Assembly (NCBI RefSeq): GCF_006345805.1
Contig: NC_043009.1
Location: 21,266,001-21,330,000 of the forward strand
Direction: 5' to 3'
DNA: 64,000 nucleotides
DNA from: Octopus sinensis
Taxonomy: Eukaryota
Below the pieces are notes generated by a model. That model had not been told where the DNA came from, searched no databases, and saw only the letters and a program-made list of their open reading frames with translations. The position numbers and the translations under genes were made by a program. Shown piece after piece: positions 48,724 through 62,686 of the stretch (position 1 is the first letter of the stretch; each line of letters starts with the position of its first letter).

Positions 48724-48822
<99 letters not shown>

Positions 48823-49516
48823 CTATCTCTCTCTCTTTGTCTGGTTGTCTAGTTGTCTGGTTGTCTCTCTTCCCCTCCCTCTGTCGGTTTCTCTCTTTCT
48901 CTCTTTGGAATGTAGCAATTATTCAGTCGCAATGATAGCGAGGCAGAGAAGCGCTGCCAATCTTCGTATTCTTTATTATCTTTTATTATCTTCTTTTCTC
49001 CTCTATGTTAACGGTTATTGTTGCGTGTTGTATAGTGTGGAGCGTAACTTGCTGCTACAACTGCTGCTGCTGCTGCTGCTACTTATGATGGTAACTATGG
49101 TGATGATGATGACTATGGTGATGATAGTTGTAGTGTGTTCTTGGTATTTAATACCAAGTCAGCCTTGATCCAACAGTAATGAACTGATGCCTTTTAGGCC
49201 ATGACCATTTCCTCTTTTCTCGAATAGTGATCCCACCATCCTTCAACAATAGCCAGTGTAACGTCTATAAGAGTGCAGTGTGTAGTTTGAGGGAGATTTT
49301 GTTGCTATTTCTAGCAGGTCGAGCGGCCTCCTAAAGACGGCACATTCATTGGTCTATGGTGCATATGTTGATAGTCGAGGTGTTCTATTTAAATATTTTT
49401 CTAAGTGACGTAATACGAATTATATAATATCTAACCAATTGTAACGTCTTATTTCACAGCTACACACACACACACGCATCACAAACACTCATGCACACAC
49501 TTAGACGTGTACGTAC

Positions 49517-49547
<31 letters not shown>

Positions 49548-49997
49548 TGTATGTATGTATGTATGTATGTATGTATGTATGTATTGAGAGAGATGGAGAG
49601 AGAGAGAGAATCGCAGAAAGGAGGGAGGGGGAATTAAATCATAATGCTAACATTACCACACAAATGTAATTGAAAAGTTTCGCATAAAGTGTAACCTTCT
49701 AAAGTTGTTGCACGAATATGCACGCATTTACTTTATGGCAGGGTCCCTATAAATAAATTTATGTCAAATTTTTGTCCACTATTCTTCACTTCCTAAAAAA
49801 TAAAGTGCTCGCACAGTTATCCAAAGAATAAGGGAGGAGAAGGAAATATACATAAAAGAAAAGGGAAAGAGGGAGAAAAAAGAGTGAACTCTGTGGGAAT
49901 TTATTTTTGTTGAAACGCTGGAATATTTACCATTATTCATGTTCTGAACGAAATTCACCTCTGACTTCGACTCAAACATCGTTTAATTCCTATGAAG

Positions 49998-50116
49998 CAC
50001 TAGCGTAGCTAGGATAGGGACGGTCTGCCCCGGGCGGCGCTTTTAAAGGGTCTGCTGTAAGCAATATGTATTTTTTGTGAGGTCCGAGGGCGGCACACAC
50101 CCAAGCTACGCTAGTG
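49998..50116. mobile_element. hAT-like MITE, related to 45603
   Basis: TIR CACTAGCGTAGCT/AGCTACGCTAGTG; flanks CTATGAAG and CTGTCAAG (6/8 match). Confidence 0.65.
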
Positions 50117-50689
50117 CTGTCAAGACGATGTCAGGATTTAAACTTAACTTGATCACAGAACCTTATTATGCCAGATTGTGAGAGTAAAGCAATGCGTTCC
50201 GGTTATTTCCTTAGAAACCGTTAGAATCAATAAAAGAGGCTTCCTATGAAACCACCTTTTGTGTCGGCAAATAGTACATGCCAACAATTCAAAATGTGAT
50301 GTTAATTATTTTAAGAGGAGAAACCATTGAAAAATCTTGAAATATTTACTCGATAGAGCAAGCTCTTGTCCAATCCCTGGTTACACACCAAGAGATTCAC
50401 TTAAAAAATAAAAGATTTCAGTTTAAAAATCGCCTGTATTATTGTCATTGGTTATTATTGTTTAGTTCTTGGTCATCTATAATCAATAAAATCTATGATC
50501 CAAAGCATTCCTCGAACACCCCTTCTTTTCAGGATATGTAATAAAAAGAGCAAGGGTAGAAACCCCCTTCGGTTATGAATGACAATGGGTTTACACCTAG
50601 AAAGATACCCTCCGAGGCACAAGTCGGAAGCCCAGCAGTTGTCCATGCATACCAACCTCCCCTCTCCACGTCACCGATATTATCCAAAG

Positions 50690-51410
50690 GAAAGTCAAAA
50701 ACTGATACAGCTTGGCACCAGTGACGTCACAACTCATTCCTACAGCTGAGTGAACCGGAGAAGCGAGATATAAGTTTCTTCCTCCAGAACACAACACACA
50801 GCTCGGTCCAGGAATCGAACTCACTACCTCACGATTGTGAGCCCGACACTCTAACCACTGAGTCAGTGCTTATTTAAGTTTATAAAGGAGTGATTTGAAT
50901 TAAATATCGCTACTTTTTCAAGCAAGTCGATTGACCATATAGAAACTCTCTTCGTAGCTGATTATTTTATTTCATTTTTTTGATATTACATGTTTGTAGA
51001 GGCGGCGAGCTGGCAGAATCGTTAGCATTCCGGGCAAAATGCTTAGCGTTCTGAGTTCAAATTCCTCCGAGGTCAACTTAAATATGTACCAGTTTAACAC
51101 TAGGGTCAATGCAGTCGACCTATCCCCTCCCCGAAATTACTGGCCTTGTACCAAAATTTGAAACCAATATTACATGTTTGTAAAATATCTATCAGAAAAT
51201 ATTCTTTTCTACTCTAGGCACAAGGCCCGAAATTTTGGGGGAGGGGAACAGTCGATTTGAGCGACCCCAGTACGCAACTGGTACTTAATCTATCGACCCC
51301 GAAAGACAAAGTCGGCCTCAGTAGAATTTGAACTCAGAACGTAAAGACAGACGAAATACCGCTAAACATTTCGCCCAGCGTGCTAACGTTTGTGCCAGCT
51401 CGCCGCCTTA
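50690..51410. mobile_element. Cluster of three tRNA-derived SINEs (about 50690-50865 minus, 50997-51170 plus, 51195-51410 minus)
   Basis: Heads GGCGGCGAGCTGGCAGAATCGTTAGC with B-box-like GAGTTC(A/G)A(A/T)T(C/T)C; the last two face each other. Confidence 0.75.
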
Positions 51411-52513
51411 TCTAGCAGAAAATATTATATTCTGACATTGACACAATGTTAGGGTATAATACATTCCAAGTTTAGTATGTATCGATTAATCTGAGCCCCA
51501 CCACTTTATGTTGTTGACCTCCAGATGTATGAAAAGAAAAATTGATCACTGCTGGATTTGTATTTAAAACAGAAAGGATCGTGTTGGACTCTAATAATTC
51601 GGCCAGTCCATACAACATAATATATTTTTTTTAAATTAGCCTCATTTTCACTGGATATTTTTCCTCGAAATAATTTTCTTGTCATCTCTGGTCCATTCCA
51701 GCCTAGCAAAACTGATTCTGGCTTGCTTCCTTCACAGCAGCAATAAAGCAAGTGTTTGTTTGAAAGCACAGGGTTTTTCTTTTTCACCCACGCACTGTCC
51801 CAGTTATTGACCTTCAATAATTAAAAAGAAATGACGAGTAATTTTCTTACCCATCCACCAAATTGTTTTCTGGAGTTCAACATTATTGTGGCTTATTAAA
51901 CAGTGACTGACATTGACCCTTCGTATAAATAGGAACGTTTAGATACTTGCATATAAGTGAGTTTTTCTTACGTGAGAGCACATATACTGTCACATTGATA
52001 GATTTCATTACGTATGTGTCACCACATAGCATCATTTCTATGTATGTAAGTATGTATGTATGTATGTATGTATGTATGTATGTATGTATGTATGTATGTA
52101 TGTATGTATGTATATGTATGTATGTATGCGTGTGTGTATCTATCTATCTATCTGTCTCTCTGTCTCTCTGTCTGTCTATCTGTCTGTCAGTCTGTCTATC
52201 TATCTATCGATCGATCTAGCTACCTAGCTATTTGTCTGTCTTATGTGTGGGGATGAGATAACCCAGAAGGAAAGGGTTATGACGTCAACGGTTAAGGAGC
52301 CCACTTAAGGGGTCCTACCGGAACATGAAAGGTGAGAAAGCAAGTGAGGGAAGCAAGACCAGGATCGTTCTCTTTCGGCCTGGGATTGGTAGTAGCAGCT
52401 GCAAACATTAGGCTAGACAGGTACGTGTTTGGACTTAACGTAGCTGGACAGCAAACAACGAGAAGCAGGTGAACTGTATTTTATTCCCCGCGTTACAGTT
52501 TCCTCCTACCACA

Positions 52514-52525
52514 AGCTATTTCGGC
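52514..52525 (+). other. Putative primer-binding site AGCTATTTCGGC
   Basis: Abuts the 5' LTR; reverse complement GCCGAAATAGCT. Confidence 0.7.
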
Positions 52526-53240
52526 TTTCGAATATAAATATAGTTTTTGCATTGTTGTTGTCCCCTTCCATGAGATGGCAGCAAAGATAAGAATCAGTAA
52601 CGATGCTGTCAGATCTTTCTGTAGCGAAGGAGATGTAATCGCCTGGATCCGTAAGATCAAGATGATGGTCAGGCTACAAAGCATCGACGATGTAGCAGCT
52701 CTCATGGTCTGTATCTTGAGGGAAGCGCATTGGCGCTGTAGCTCGAGATTGATGAGAAAGAGTAGCTGGGCGCGATGAAGATCGAGCAGCGCTTGAGGGA
52801 AGGCTATCCGGAGGGAATGTACACAGCATTTGCAAAGTTGGGAACGATCAAGTGGACAGGGGAACAGGTCGACGAGTATGCCACGGAGGTTCGGAGACTG
52901 GCTATGCTATCTGGTTTTACCGGAGAGGTTCTAGAGAAGGCAGCACGACTGGCCTTCGTAAATGGCTTTCTCGACAACATACCGATACAACTACCAAGTG
53001 CCTTGTGTCGACACAAGACACCAGGTGGAAGGCAGTAGCGATGGAAGCTGCAGAAGCCCGCGACTTTGTGCAATGACCAGTAAAGAACGAGGAGAAAAAA
53101 ATTGCTGTGGAGCGACAACACATGGGCCGGTGTTTCAACTGCCAGGGACTGCATATGGCGAGTGAGTGCGCGGAGACGAAGCCCGGACCCGTTTGCAACC
53201 GGTGCAGGCAGACTGTGTATATCACTCGAAACTACAGTCA

Positions 53241-53284
53241 GGGAAAAGGCTACGGGGGAAGTTACTGCCTCACAAATTTCCCCC
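53241..53284 (+). promoter_or_regulatory. Predicted -1 frameshift signal of the old gypsy copy
   Basis: GGGAAAA, 6-nt spacer, hairpin GGGGGAAGTT/AATTTCCCCC. Confidence 0.7.
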
Positions 53285-56200
53285 GCGAGCAAGTGGAGGT
53301 GCACGTGCAGTCGCCACCCGTAGTTGAAGTCTTGGTTGCGTTCAAAGGCCTCGCGGATACGGGCTGTGCGACGTCTCTCGTGACCCCCAAAGGTGAAAAA
53401 AATGGAAGGGGACGAGTAGTGTTCGGTTGATCGATGGCAGTGAAATTGGATGTAAGGGTTGCAGCGAAGTAGAAGTAACGGTGCGGGGCACAACATTAAG
53501 ACTGCGGGCGATTGTGATCGACCACGTGGTAGACGGAATTGACGTTGTGATGGCCATGGACGTAATCAACCACCTTGGGGGTGTCAGTATCGGTGGAGAT
53601 GTCATGTGCTGTGGGGCTGCAACATGAAAGGGGGAAGAGCTCTGCAGAGGGCTGTACTGCTTACACCATTGAGGAGAAAGATTATCGGCCGGGTGTTCGA
53701 CGGTCAGCGGTGAACGGTAGAGTGACGCTGGAAAGGGGAGCCTCCGACGCTGAAGAACAGGCTGAGCTGCTACCAGCATACCTTGAAAAGACATGCCAGG
53801 AGTGAGTTTGAAGGGGAGATAGAGAGGTGGATTAAAGAGGGTGTCATTCCGTGGAAGGATGAGGTGATGAGCGGAGTGCTGCCACTAATGTCAGTGGTGC
53901 AGCCAACAAAGGACAATGTCATGCCAGTACTGGACTTTCGAGAGATGAATAGCTGTGCATCGTGCCACGGACGGCGAGGTATTTGACGTCTGCGGTGAGA
54001 CACTGCGTAAATAGAGATAGATGACGAGTGCGGAGACGATTATCGACTTACAGTCGGCATATCTGCAGCTCCATGCGAGTGAAAAGCTGGAAGTATCAGC
54101 TGGTGCGATATAAGGGCCAGACATATTGTTTGACTTGGGTGGGTTTCTGGCTAAATTCTGTGCCAAAGTTCATGGTGACAGTGCTCAAATCTATCCTAGA
54201 AAAGGTGGATAAGATTTTAAAAAAAGGCTACCAATTCCTATATAGACATCTTGGTAGATGATACTGTAGTGTCTACCACAGAGGTCGTAATTCATCTAAA
54301 GAACTTCGGGTTGACTACGAAGTCACCGGAGCCAATGATTGGAGGAGCTGCACTGGGGCTCAAGCTTCAAAGAGACAAAACAAGTGTTTTGGTGTTTCGG
54401 AAGGGGAATGAGATCCCGGAACTGGGTACCAACGTCAACAGGTGAAAACTATTCTCGATGTGTGGGAGACTAGTGGGTCGCTAAACAAACGCAGAATGGC
54501 TTCGAACAGCGTGAAGCTACATCATGAGACGAGCAGACGGGGAAAACTGGAGATCGTATCAAGAGCAAAATCAGAAGACCCAGTAAGAGGAAACTGGTAC
54601 GTGCCCAAACTGGAGAATGGGACGGTATGGTGTAATGCTAGCAGCAGAGCGACAGAAGTTGTTCTGGAAATCGGAGGAGTCGAACTGGAAGACGCGGCCT
54701 GGCTTCGAAAAGCAGATAATTACAACCAGATCAACGTCAACGTGGTTGAGTTGGACGCGGTGTTGAAGGGGATGAATATTGCTCTGAAATGGGGGTTGGG
54801 CACTATCGAAATCCAAACCGATTCGACTACCGTGCTTGGCTAGGTAGGATCAGTGATTACCGATGAAAAGAGGGTTAGAACCAAAGGAGCTGCAGAGATG
54901 TGAGTAAAGCGCCGCCTAGGGGTTCTGGGAGAGCTAGCTACCGAATTTGGTTTGAAGCTGAGCGTGATGTTTGTGCCTTCAGACAGGAACAAGGCAGACA
55001 TTCTAACCAAGGTGAAAAAGGCTTGGTTGGCGGAGCCAGAAGATTCGAAGCAAAGATTAGTTGCAATGTGTCGGCTAAGTGACTCGGAACTAAGAAGACT
55101 GCATGCCATGCATCATATGGGTGTGGATAGAACCCTGTATCTGGCCAGGAGGGTTGACTCCGACGTTACTAGATAGAGTATTCAAAGGGTAGTTGGGAAC
55201 TGTGATAGGTGTCAATCCATCGACCCTGCTCCGGATGTGCATGAACAGGGAAACGTCTCGGTAGAGCACAACTGGAGACGATTGGCGGTGGATGTAACAC
55301 ACTACTGGCAGAGGACGTATCTCTCGATGGTCGACTAAGGACTGAGTCAGATGGCCATATGGAGGAAAATAAAGACGGACACTACAGACGAGATTGCACG
55401 TATCCTGAACGAGATATTCGTGAAGCGGATCCCCGTGGACAAATTGCTGATGGACAACGGCAGTGAATTTCCTTTGGAAATAATGAAGGAGATGCTTGTT
55501 AAGTGGAATGTACATCGCTTCTTCAGAGTGGCATACAGGCCGAATGGAAATGGAATCGTGGAAAGACACCATCGCACGATCAAGGCCATGGCAGAGAGGG
55601 GACGAATATCACCGTCGGAAGCGATATTCTGGTACAACATGTCGCCCCGATCAGGACAGGCCATAGAGTCCGTGCCATACAAGGTGATAGTCAGATATGA
55701 ATAGTGGCATCCGAGTAAACCATCAGAATGCCCTGCGGAAGAGAGTAGACCTGCCTTTCTGCGGGTAGAGGCTGAAGTCTGGGTCAACCCCCTCGAAGGC
55801 ACATTGCACATCTCAGTGAAACAGGGGAACAGTGACGGCTGTTAATTCCAGAAATAGCGTTTCTGTGGATGCCGCGTCATGTCTTGGATGTTAGCAGAAT
55901 TGTCGCTTCGTTGTACGACGAAGATGGAGGAGAAGAAGAGAACGAAGTTTCCTCCTTCCAGAGATCACAGCACGCGATGCGTCCACCCGAGTGGATGGCA
56001 GATCTCGACATGGGGTGAAGTGAGTTGATCTTTGAGATCAGTGGGGCGTGTGGGGATGAGGTGAACCGGAAGGAAAGGACTGTGACGTCAACGGTTAAGG
56101 GGCCCCACCGGGACAGGAAGGATGAGAGAGGAAGTGAAGGAAGCAAGACCAGGGTCGTCTTCTTTCGGCCTGGGGCAGTCGTAGTGAACGGACGCGAGCG

Positions 56201-56879
56201 AGCAGGGATTAGTAGTAGCAGCTGCTAACATCAGGTGAGACGGATAGGGCATGTGCTCAATGAGGAAAGTAATTTTTGGATACCCTACAGAATGGAAAAC
56301 AAAACCCGTCAAAGGGTGAAGGAACTCATAAGAGTCAACGGCCATCCAATTGTGTGTACATATGTATATATTATGTGTGTGACTGTATGTGTGGGTGTAT
56401 ATATGGAAAAAGTGGGGAATTTTTATTTTCATTTTGAAAACTTTTTTAAAAGAGCTTACGTGCTCTTGTGACTCAGGAGAATTGTGCTGACGTGAGAGTA
56501 ATCACGTGGTCGATGCAATCAGGCTAGACAGGTTAAAGGGTAAGTGACTGACAAAATCTGACAAAATCGATGAAAAAGAAAAATTACTCCTTCGGAGTGC
56601 AAGGAGGTGTTCTGATAGTTGAGCATATACCGACTGGCTGGTATTAGGAATTACCACACAGTTCTGTTTAGCGGATGAAATAGAAACCGTAAATGGCAAT
56701 GAAATGAAGTCTTTATTTGACAGACATTGTTGCGGCAGTTGATTGTGTCCCTTCATACAACAGAAAATCACTATGACTTATATCTCAGATTACCACAAAT
56801 AGCGCATCGCTCGTTCTGCGAGTAAACGAGGAACGCGCCCACTCAAAGACATATTAAGGTGGAAAGTATGCTATTAATT

Positions 56880-57960
56880 TATAACTGTTGAAACCAAAAG
56901 GAGTGTCGCTCACATCAACGTTCGATGCTAAGATATTACAACAAAATCACATGCTCTATGAAATCGGATTCGATGTCATCTATACCCAAGAACACAGACT
57001 TTACCATGAGGATGTGGCATGCAAGATGCGCCGTATCAGTTTTACCCTGAATCGGCTACAAAGAAAGCTCAAAATTCGACTGTTGGTAGAATGGGTATCT
57101 TAATCAGCCCCAAATTATAGATCCATGTAGAACCTATCAATTCTCGAATTATCAGCTCAATTTTCAATGGCAATTTTGATACCACCGTTATGTACTGCTA
57201 TATCTCAACAAACGTATCAGAAGATTCAATAGCTGAAGAATTCTACAGTGAGCTCGTCAACATCATCAAGCAGGTCCCAAAACACCATACTACTATAGTA
57301 GCTGGTGATATGAATGTATGAATTGGTAAAGATGATTATGTTGGCACGTCCTATCATGGGAAGGCCAAAAGAAACAACGGCCAACTTATTCTGATCAGTT
57401 TTACCACGAAGTAGACCCAGAGATCTGGCAAGCTATGGACGTTCGTCTAGCCAGATGGATCAAAAGCCCAATTGGATCACACCTTGATAAACAAGAAATA
57501 GAGAATAGTGTTCTGAATTCTGAGGGATACAATTCTTTTAATGCCATCGGATTAAACCGTCGACCAGCTACGGCAAAGATACACCTCTTACTAAAGTCAA
57601 ATAACACAACGAAAACAAAGAAACCTCCATATGATTTGGTTAAGCTGATGGAAGTTAATGAAGTAAGAACTAAATATGTATTTGAGGTAAACAACATATT
57701 AAATGCACTGCAGAACCTAACAATAACGACAATGCAGATACTATGTACAACAACATCATTGAAGTCCACATGGCTGCAGCTGAGTCCAACGTCAAAATCT
57801 AGACAAAGAAATCTATGGCAAAGCAAAAACGTACGCAAAGCAAGACAAAATGTTAAAGAACTAATAATCATTTCGACAGTAAACCCCACACAACAGAATC
57901 TAAGCAAGTTCAAAGCAGCAAAGAAAAGGCTAGATTATACATACGAGATGGAACGTTCCA
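56880..57960 (+). mobile_element. Degenerate RTE/RTE-X LINE APE-domain fragment
   Basis: NSRIISSIFNGN..TTV..CY..TN..EEFYSEL..IIKQVPKHH..IVAGDMN and KAQLDHTL.NK..SVLNSEGYNSF. Confidence 0.75.
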
Positions 57961-58029
57961 CAACTGTTATCATTACACTTGGATACTGAGAATATCTTAT
58001 CCTGTTTGTTCATGTTGAATTTTGCCTTT

Positions 58030-58800
58030 GTTAATAATTTATTTGGGTTATATGGTTGCCTTTTGCTTAAGATAAGTGTTTGATTAGTTATTATGATTTT
58101 AATTTTTCACTTTGTTTCATGATTGGAAAATTTGTTTTGATGATGTTAAAAATGTTTTGGTGATGCCGATTGTATATTACTAGAAATAGTATTGTGTTCC
58201 GTTGCTGGGTCCGTCTTTCTCATGTTGCCCTAAGTTGTTCTATAGGTATCTTTTTGCTCGTTGTATGCTATTTTGCACAAGTAGGAGATGGTATTTTTGC
58301 TTGAGCAGAAATCCTTTGAGTCCTATAAGTCGTATGTTCCTAGTATTTGGATCATCTATTATAGTACAAATTTTCCTGGCTATACAGTACGGGTTGTTGC
58401 GTTTTGTGTGTGCTGCGTGGCATAATTTGAAATTTAGGTACTGGTGTGTATCTTTTGTAATAAATATCAGTTGTGATTGTGATGCTGTTTTTAATTACCA
58501 TTACATCAAGAAATGGTAATTGTGTGTTGCTACTCATTTCTCTTGTGAATTTGAGACTAGGGTGTAGATTGGTGAGGAGGGTACTGAATTCTTCCAGATT
58601 TTCTAGGCATTTGGTCCAAATTAGGAAACAATCATCGAGGTATCTTTTCCAGGTGTCCCCTATATGTCTTCTAAAGATCATGCCGTAGTTGCCTTCAATT
58701 TTTTAAATATAGGTTTTGTTCCAAGTATCTCAATATTGAGTTCACGAACACTGGAGCAAATCGCATCCCCATAGCTGTGCCTCGAATTTAGAGGGAGTTT
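58030..58800 (-). mobile_element. PLE RT fragment (family of the 680-4135 element)
   Basis: TWKRYLDDCFLIW, LPFLDVMV, TDIYYK. Confidence 0.85.
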
Positions 58801-59203
58801 TTTTTCCGTTGAAAAGAAATGTTCTATTTTCGAGGATGAGGCTGACCACGTCTAGTATGAAGATTACAGCAAGCTGCATGCTGATTGGTCAAAGCCGTAT
58901 TAAAAAAATGCAGCTTGTTGGAGCCTTCTAAAAGGTATAAAAAGGAAGAAGTCAGTCATTTTACTACAGTTGTCAAGCACTCAACTCAACTGCTAGTCAA
59001 TACATTTTGAAGTCTGATGATTACTACGAACGTATGAAAGCGCTAATTGAACTTTACGAACGTTACTAAATATTTTTTTTATGTTTAACAGTCTTCAGCA
59101 CTGTAAAAAAAATTTAAATACAATAATAAAACCGTGAAAACCAGACAATGTTATAACTTTATTTGACTGATACATTATTCTATACACATTTACATAAATT
59201 TAC

Positions 59204-59265
<62 letters not shown>

Positions 59266-59689
59266 TCATCATCATCCCCATTATCATCATTTAACGTCTG
59301 TTTTACATGCTGGCATGGGTTGGACGGTTTGACTGAAAGCTGGTAAGCTAGGGAAATGCACCAGGTTCAGTCTAATTTGGTGTGGTTTCTATGCTTAGAT
59401 CCTCTTCCAAACACCGACCACTCAAAGAGTGTAGTGCATGTTTTTTTACGTGCTACCTGCACGGGTGCCGGTTACGCAGCCCCGGCATCGACCATAACTA
59501 CGATCTCACTTGATTTGACAGGTGTATCGCTAAACGTCTCGATCACTTGTCACTGTCACCGTAAGGCCCAACATTCGAACGGTTCCAGTCCTGGTTGACT
59601 TAGTGGTGGTAAATATGTTATATTCTCCAGAACGATAAGAGGGGAATCATTCTAAAAAGATTCGCGCACGCACACACACGTATATATAT

Positions 59690-60720
59690 ATATATATTAC
59701 GCTATGAATACTAGTAAAAATATTTGGTTAATAATTCCTTACGAGAGATAAATTAAATCTAATCTCCCACTGCTGTTTTGTCAAGCTATTGCTAGGAATT
59801 TTCCAAATAATTCTAGATATTACTCTATAATTAATTCACATAAAGTTAGGATAGGTTTTTCAAACACAAAAATCTCTTGCAAATTATATCTTCTCATAAT
59901 AACAAACTGTTAAATATTAATACATTTACTAATACTAACATTAATTTAGCTACTACCATCCAACCCTCTAGAAATATTAATAACAAGGTTATTGTATCTG
60001 AAGTCAATCCCAATAGAATTAAATTTATGTCAAGTAACTCTAAGATTAAAAATTCTATATACCAGTGTATAATCAGTACTCGTAATAAAGTACAATTTTA
60101 CATTGGAAGCACATCGTTAGAGTTATCTAAGAGAATTTCTATCCATTACTCAACATTTAGGGATAGAAATAAACGGAATAGTACCGGTCTCAGCAAACTG
60201 ATTTGGAATTTAAAATACCACAATGAACAATTTCATTTGGAATGGTTGATCCTCTCAATTTCGATACCATATGACAAAGGCAAGAAATTCTGTCTTCTCT
60301 GCAATTCTGAGCTATTTTTCATTATTTTTTCTAAAAATACTCTAGTAAACACGGTTATAGAACGAGCATACAGATGTAAGCATTGGCAAAAACATACTTT
60401 TAGTGCATATAAGTAGTCTCTATCATTATATATAGTTTAGACTTTAATTTCCTTTATATTTAACATTCACTATTAATATCCCTACTCTTTCTGTTAGCTA
60501 CTTATGACGTTATATCATATAACGTTTTTTTAAACAATATTAATAGCGTTCTGTCTATCGCTATACGAATCCATCATTTTTTGCTAAAATGTCGTATTGA
60601 CAAGTTTCGTTTTTCCCTTTCCCGAAGAGAAGATTGCACTGTTTATACCTTTTATTCTTTTGAATAAGTATCAGTGAAATTTTTGAAACATATGTAGAAA
60701 GAAAAAATACTTGTTTAAAC
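59690..60720 (+). mobile_element. PLE 3' fragment (thumb, GIY-YIG, HHR)
   Basis: ORF 59877-60416: IISSHNNKLL, IYQCII..FYIGST..RISIH..TGLSKLIWNLK..PYDKGKKFCLLC..CKH. Confidence 0.88.
60617..60701 (+). ncRNA. Hammerhead-like motif (U4C core, wobble-rich stem II)
   Basis: ctttc-CCGAAGA-gaaga...ttttt-GAAA-CATATGTA-gaaag. Confidence 0.65.
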
Positions 60721-60913
60721 CTGCGTTAACTCCATTTTTTATTCCTATTATTCAAATATTCAACGTAAACACGAAGTTTCAACCTTTATAAACAAGGAGT
60801 TACAACATCTTTACTTGTGAGATTTTTGCTGTCCTGGTAACTATTCATTCATTTATCCGTATTAAATGTTAACAAGGTAAAATACACTCATCTATATATA
60901 TATATATATATAT

Positions 60914-61035
60914 ATTTATTATATAGAAGGAGCTTCTACAGGACTAGAACTGTTTCATTCAAGAGAAATCTTCAGGAAGATTTCTCTTGAATGAAACAGT
61001 TCTAGTCCTGTAGAAGCTCCTTCTATATAATAAAT
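60914..61035. repeat. Perfect 122-bp palindrome (60-bp arms, 2-nt loop)
   Basis: Arms pair exactly around the AG at 60974-60975. Confidence 0.95.
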
Positions 61036-61101
61036 TAATTTTACTCTACTATGTATTGAGTACCTTATTTACTGTGGTTAACCCCGAATCAACCCGGGAC
61101 C

Positions 61102-61223
<122 letters not shown>

Positions 61224-61431
61224 ATGAAATGGATAAATGAATTATCTTGTTACGGATTATTCAAAATTTAACCGATACCTGTGTAGCAAAAATCACACCA
61301 GAAAAGACACGGTTGAGGTTACGACCATGGGGTTTCGCCCCCGTGCTTTAGTGCGGATAATTGAAGTTTTATATATTTAGTGAAGGGAAGAAATGGAGCC
61401 GAACGAAGATTCTACAAAATTCCTTTTTATT

Positions 61432-61517
61432 ATTTTTTACACATGTTTCAAAGGCTGCAAATTCCCAAATTCGGTTTGAATAAGGAGACCATTCTGCAGC
61501 TTTCTCTTCAGGAAAAT
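61432..61517 (-). ncRNA. Degenerate hammerhead in a pLTR fragment (about 61225-61560; relative of the 15217/35560 family)
   Basis: attttc-CTGAAGA-gaaagctgca...tgcagccttt-GAAA-CATGTGTA-aaaaat. Confidence 0.6.
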
Positions 61518-62337
61518 CCAAGAATTTAAAATCTCAAAACAAATGCGCAGCAAGCTTTTCGAACAAAACGCTCCCTAGGAGCCCATGGTAAAAATGGCAC
61601 AAAACTGTCTCTCAATATGCGCTGACGTCAGAGTGGGTGAAGGCCGACGAAAAAATCCGTTGGAATAAACCTAGGTCAAACCACGGTCAAATCAGGTAGG
61701 GGAAGAATTACAGAAAACCCAAAGAGTGTGAATATATTTTGTATAACTAGTGTTAATGTTCAAATTGTTTTAAGACTGACAGCAATCTTATTTGGGTGTG
61801 AGGAACTACCTACATGTATGTGTGTGTATGCGCCTATGTATGTGTGACAGTATGTTAGGAAGCAGCTAGAGAGAAAATATATTGTATTGTAGGCATTGGT
61901 GGTCAAGCGGCTGATAAAATTCTGTGTCTGTGTGTTCGTCTATGACCAGCTTATATACAGATGACTTTTCAAAAAACAGGGGAGTATAATCCCTGATATT
62001 GTTTCTAAAAAAAGTAGCAGAACATACGCTAAAAGGGGAGTAATTTCCCCTTTCAAATTTAATTCAAAATTTTTTCCAAATTTCTTCCAAACAATTTTTT
62101 TCTTTTCTTATGACATCAAGGTGTTAATTATCTTAGGCTTCAATTGTATGCAAGAAATGTCAGTCGCCTCCAGTGGGGACATCTGAAAGAGTGTTGTAAA
62201 ATCCCGTTCACTAGCTGCCCTCGGGCGAACAAAATGTGAAAAAGTTCAGAGTTACAGAAATTACAGATTCTTTTGCCCCTATCAAACGGTACAGCCACCG
62301 ATAAAATCGACCATTCCAGTCTAAATGCTGAATTCGC

Positions 62338-62382
<45 letters not shown>

Positions 62383-62399
62383 TATATATTTATATGTAT

Positions 62400-62625
62400 G
62401 TATGTGTATATGCTTGTGTGTCTGTGTTTGTCAACCCAACATCACTTGACAACCGATGCTGGTGTGTTTACGTCCCCGTAACTTAGTGGTTCTACAAAAG
62501 AGAATGATAGAATAAGTACTAGGCTTACAAAGAATAAGTCCTGGGGGTCGATTTGCTCGACTACAAGGTGGTGCTCCAGCATAGCCACAGTCAAATGACT
62601 GAAACAAGTAAAAGAGTAAAAAGAG
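62400..62625 (+). mobile_element. SINE 3' half
   Basis: Tail GGTGGTGCTCCAGCATAGCCACAGTCAAATGACTGAAAC at 62567-62605. Confidence 0.85.
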
Positions 62626-62651
62626 AGTATAGTTTTAATATAATTTTTAAT

Positions 62652-62686
62652 ATATCGACCGGTTTCGCTTTCGCTATTCATGATAT
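62652..62686 (-). ncRNA. Minimal hammerhead ribozyme, A3-U8 variant
   Basis: atatc-ATGAATA-gc gaaa gc-GAAA-CCGGTC-gatat. Helix I is 5 bp, GNRA-capped stem II, palindromic ACCGGT. Confidence 0.7.

Larger units (their letters stand above)
52246..56255 (+). mobile_element. Old degenerate Ty3/gypsy element related to the 6707 element
   Basis: 5' LTR 52246-52513 (TGTGG..CCACA); diverged, truncated 3' LTR from 56049; gag MAAKIRISND.., PR ADTGCAT, IN LLMDNG/NGIVERHHRT; many stops and frameshifts. Confidence 0.93.

Noticed and set aside
27085-51410. tRNA genes at SINE heads
   Set aside because: A/B-box-like motifs are present, but there is no complete cloverleaf and each continues into SINE body sequence.
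59010-59050. CTGATGA...GAAAGCGCTA hammerhead-like motif
   Set aside because: Stem III is plausible, but helix I does not form adjacent to the core and stem II is poor.
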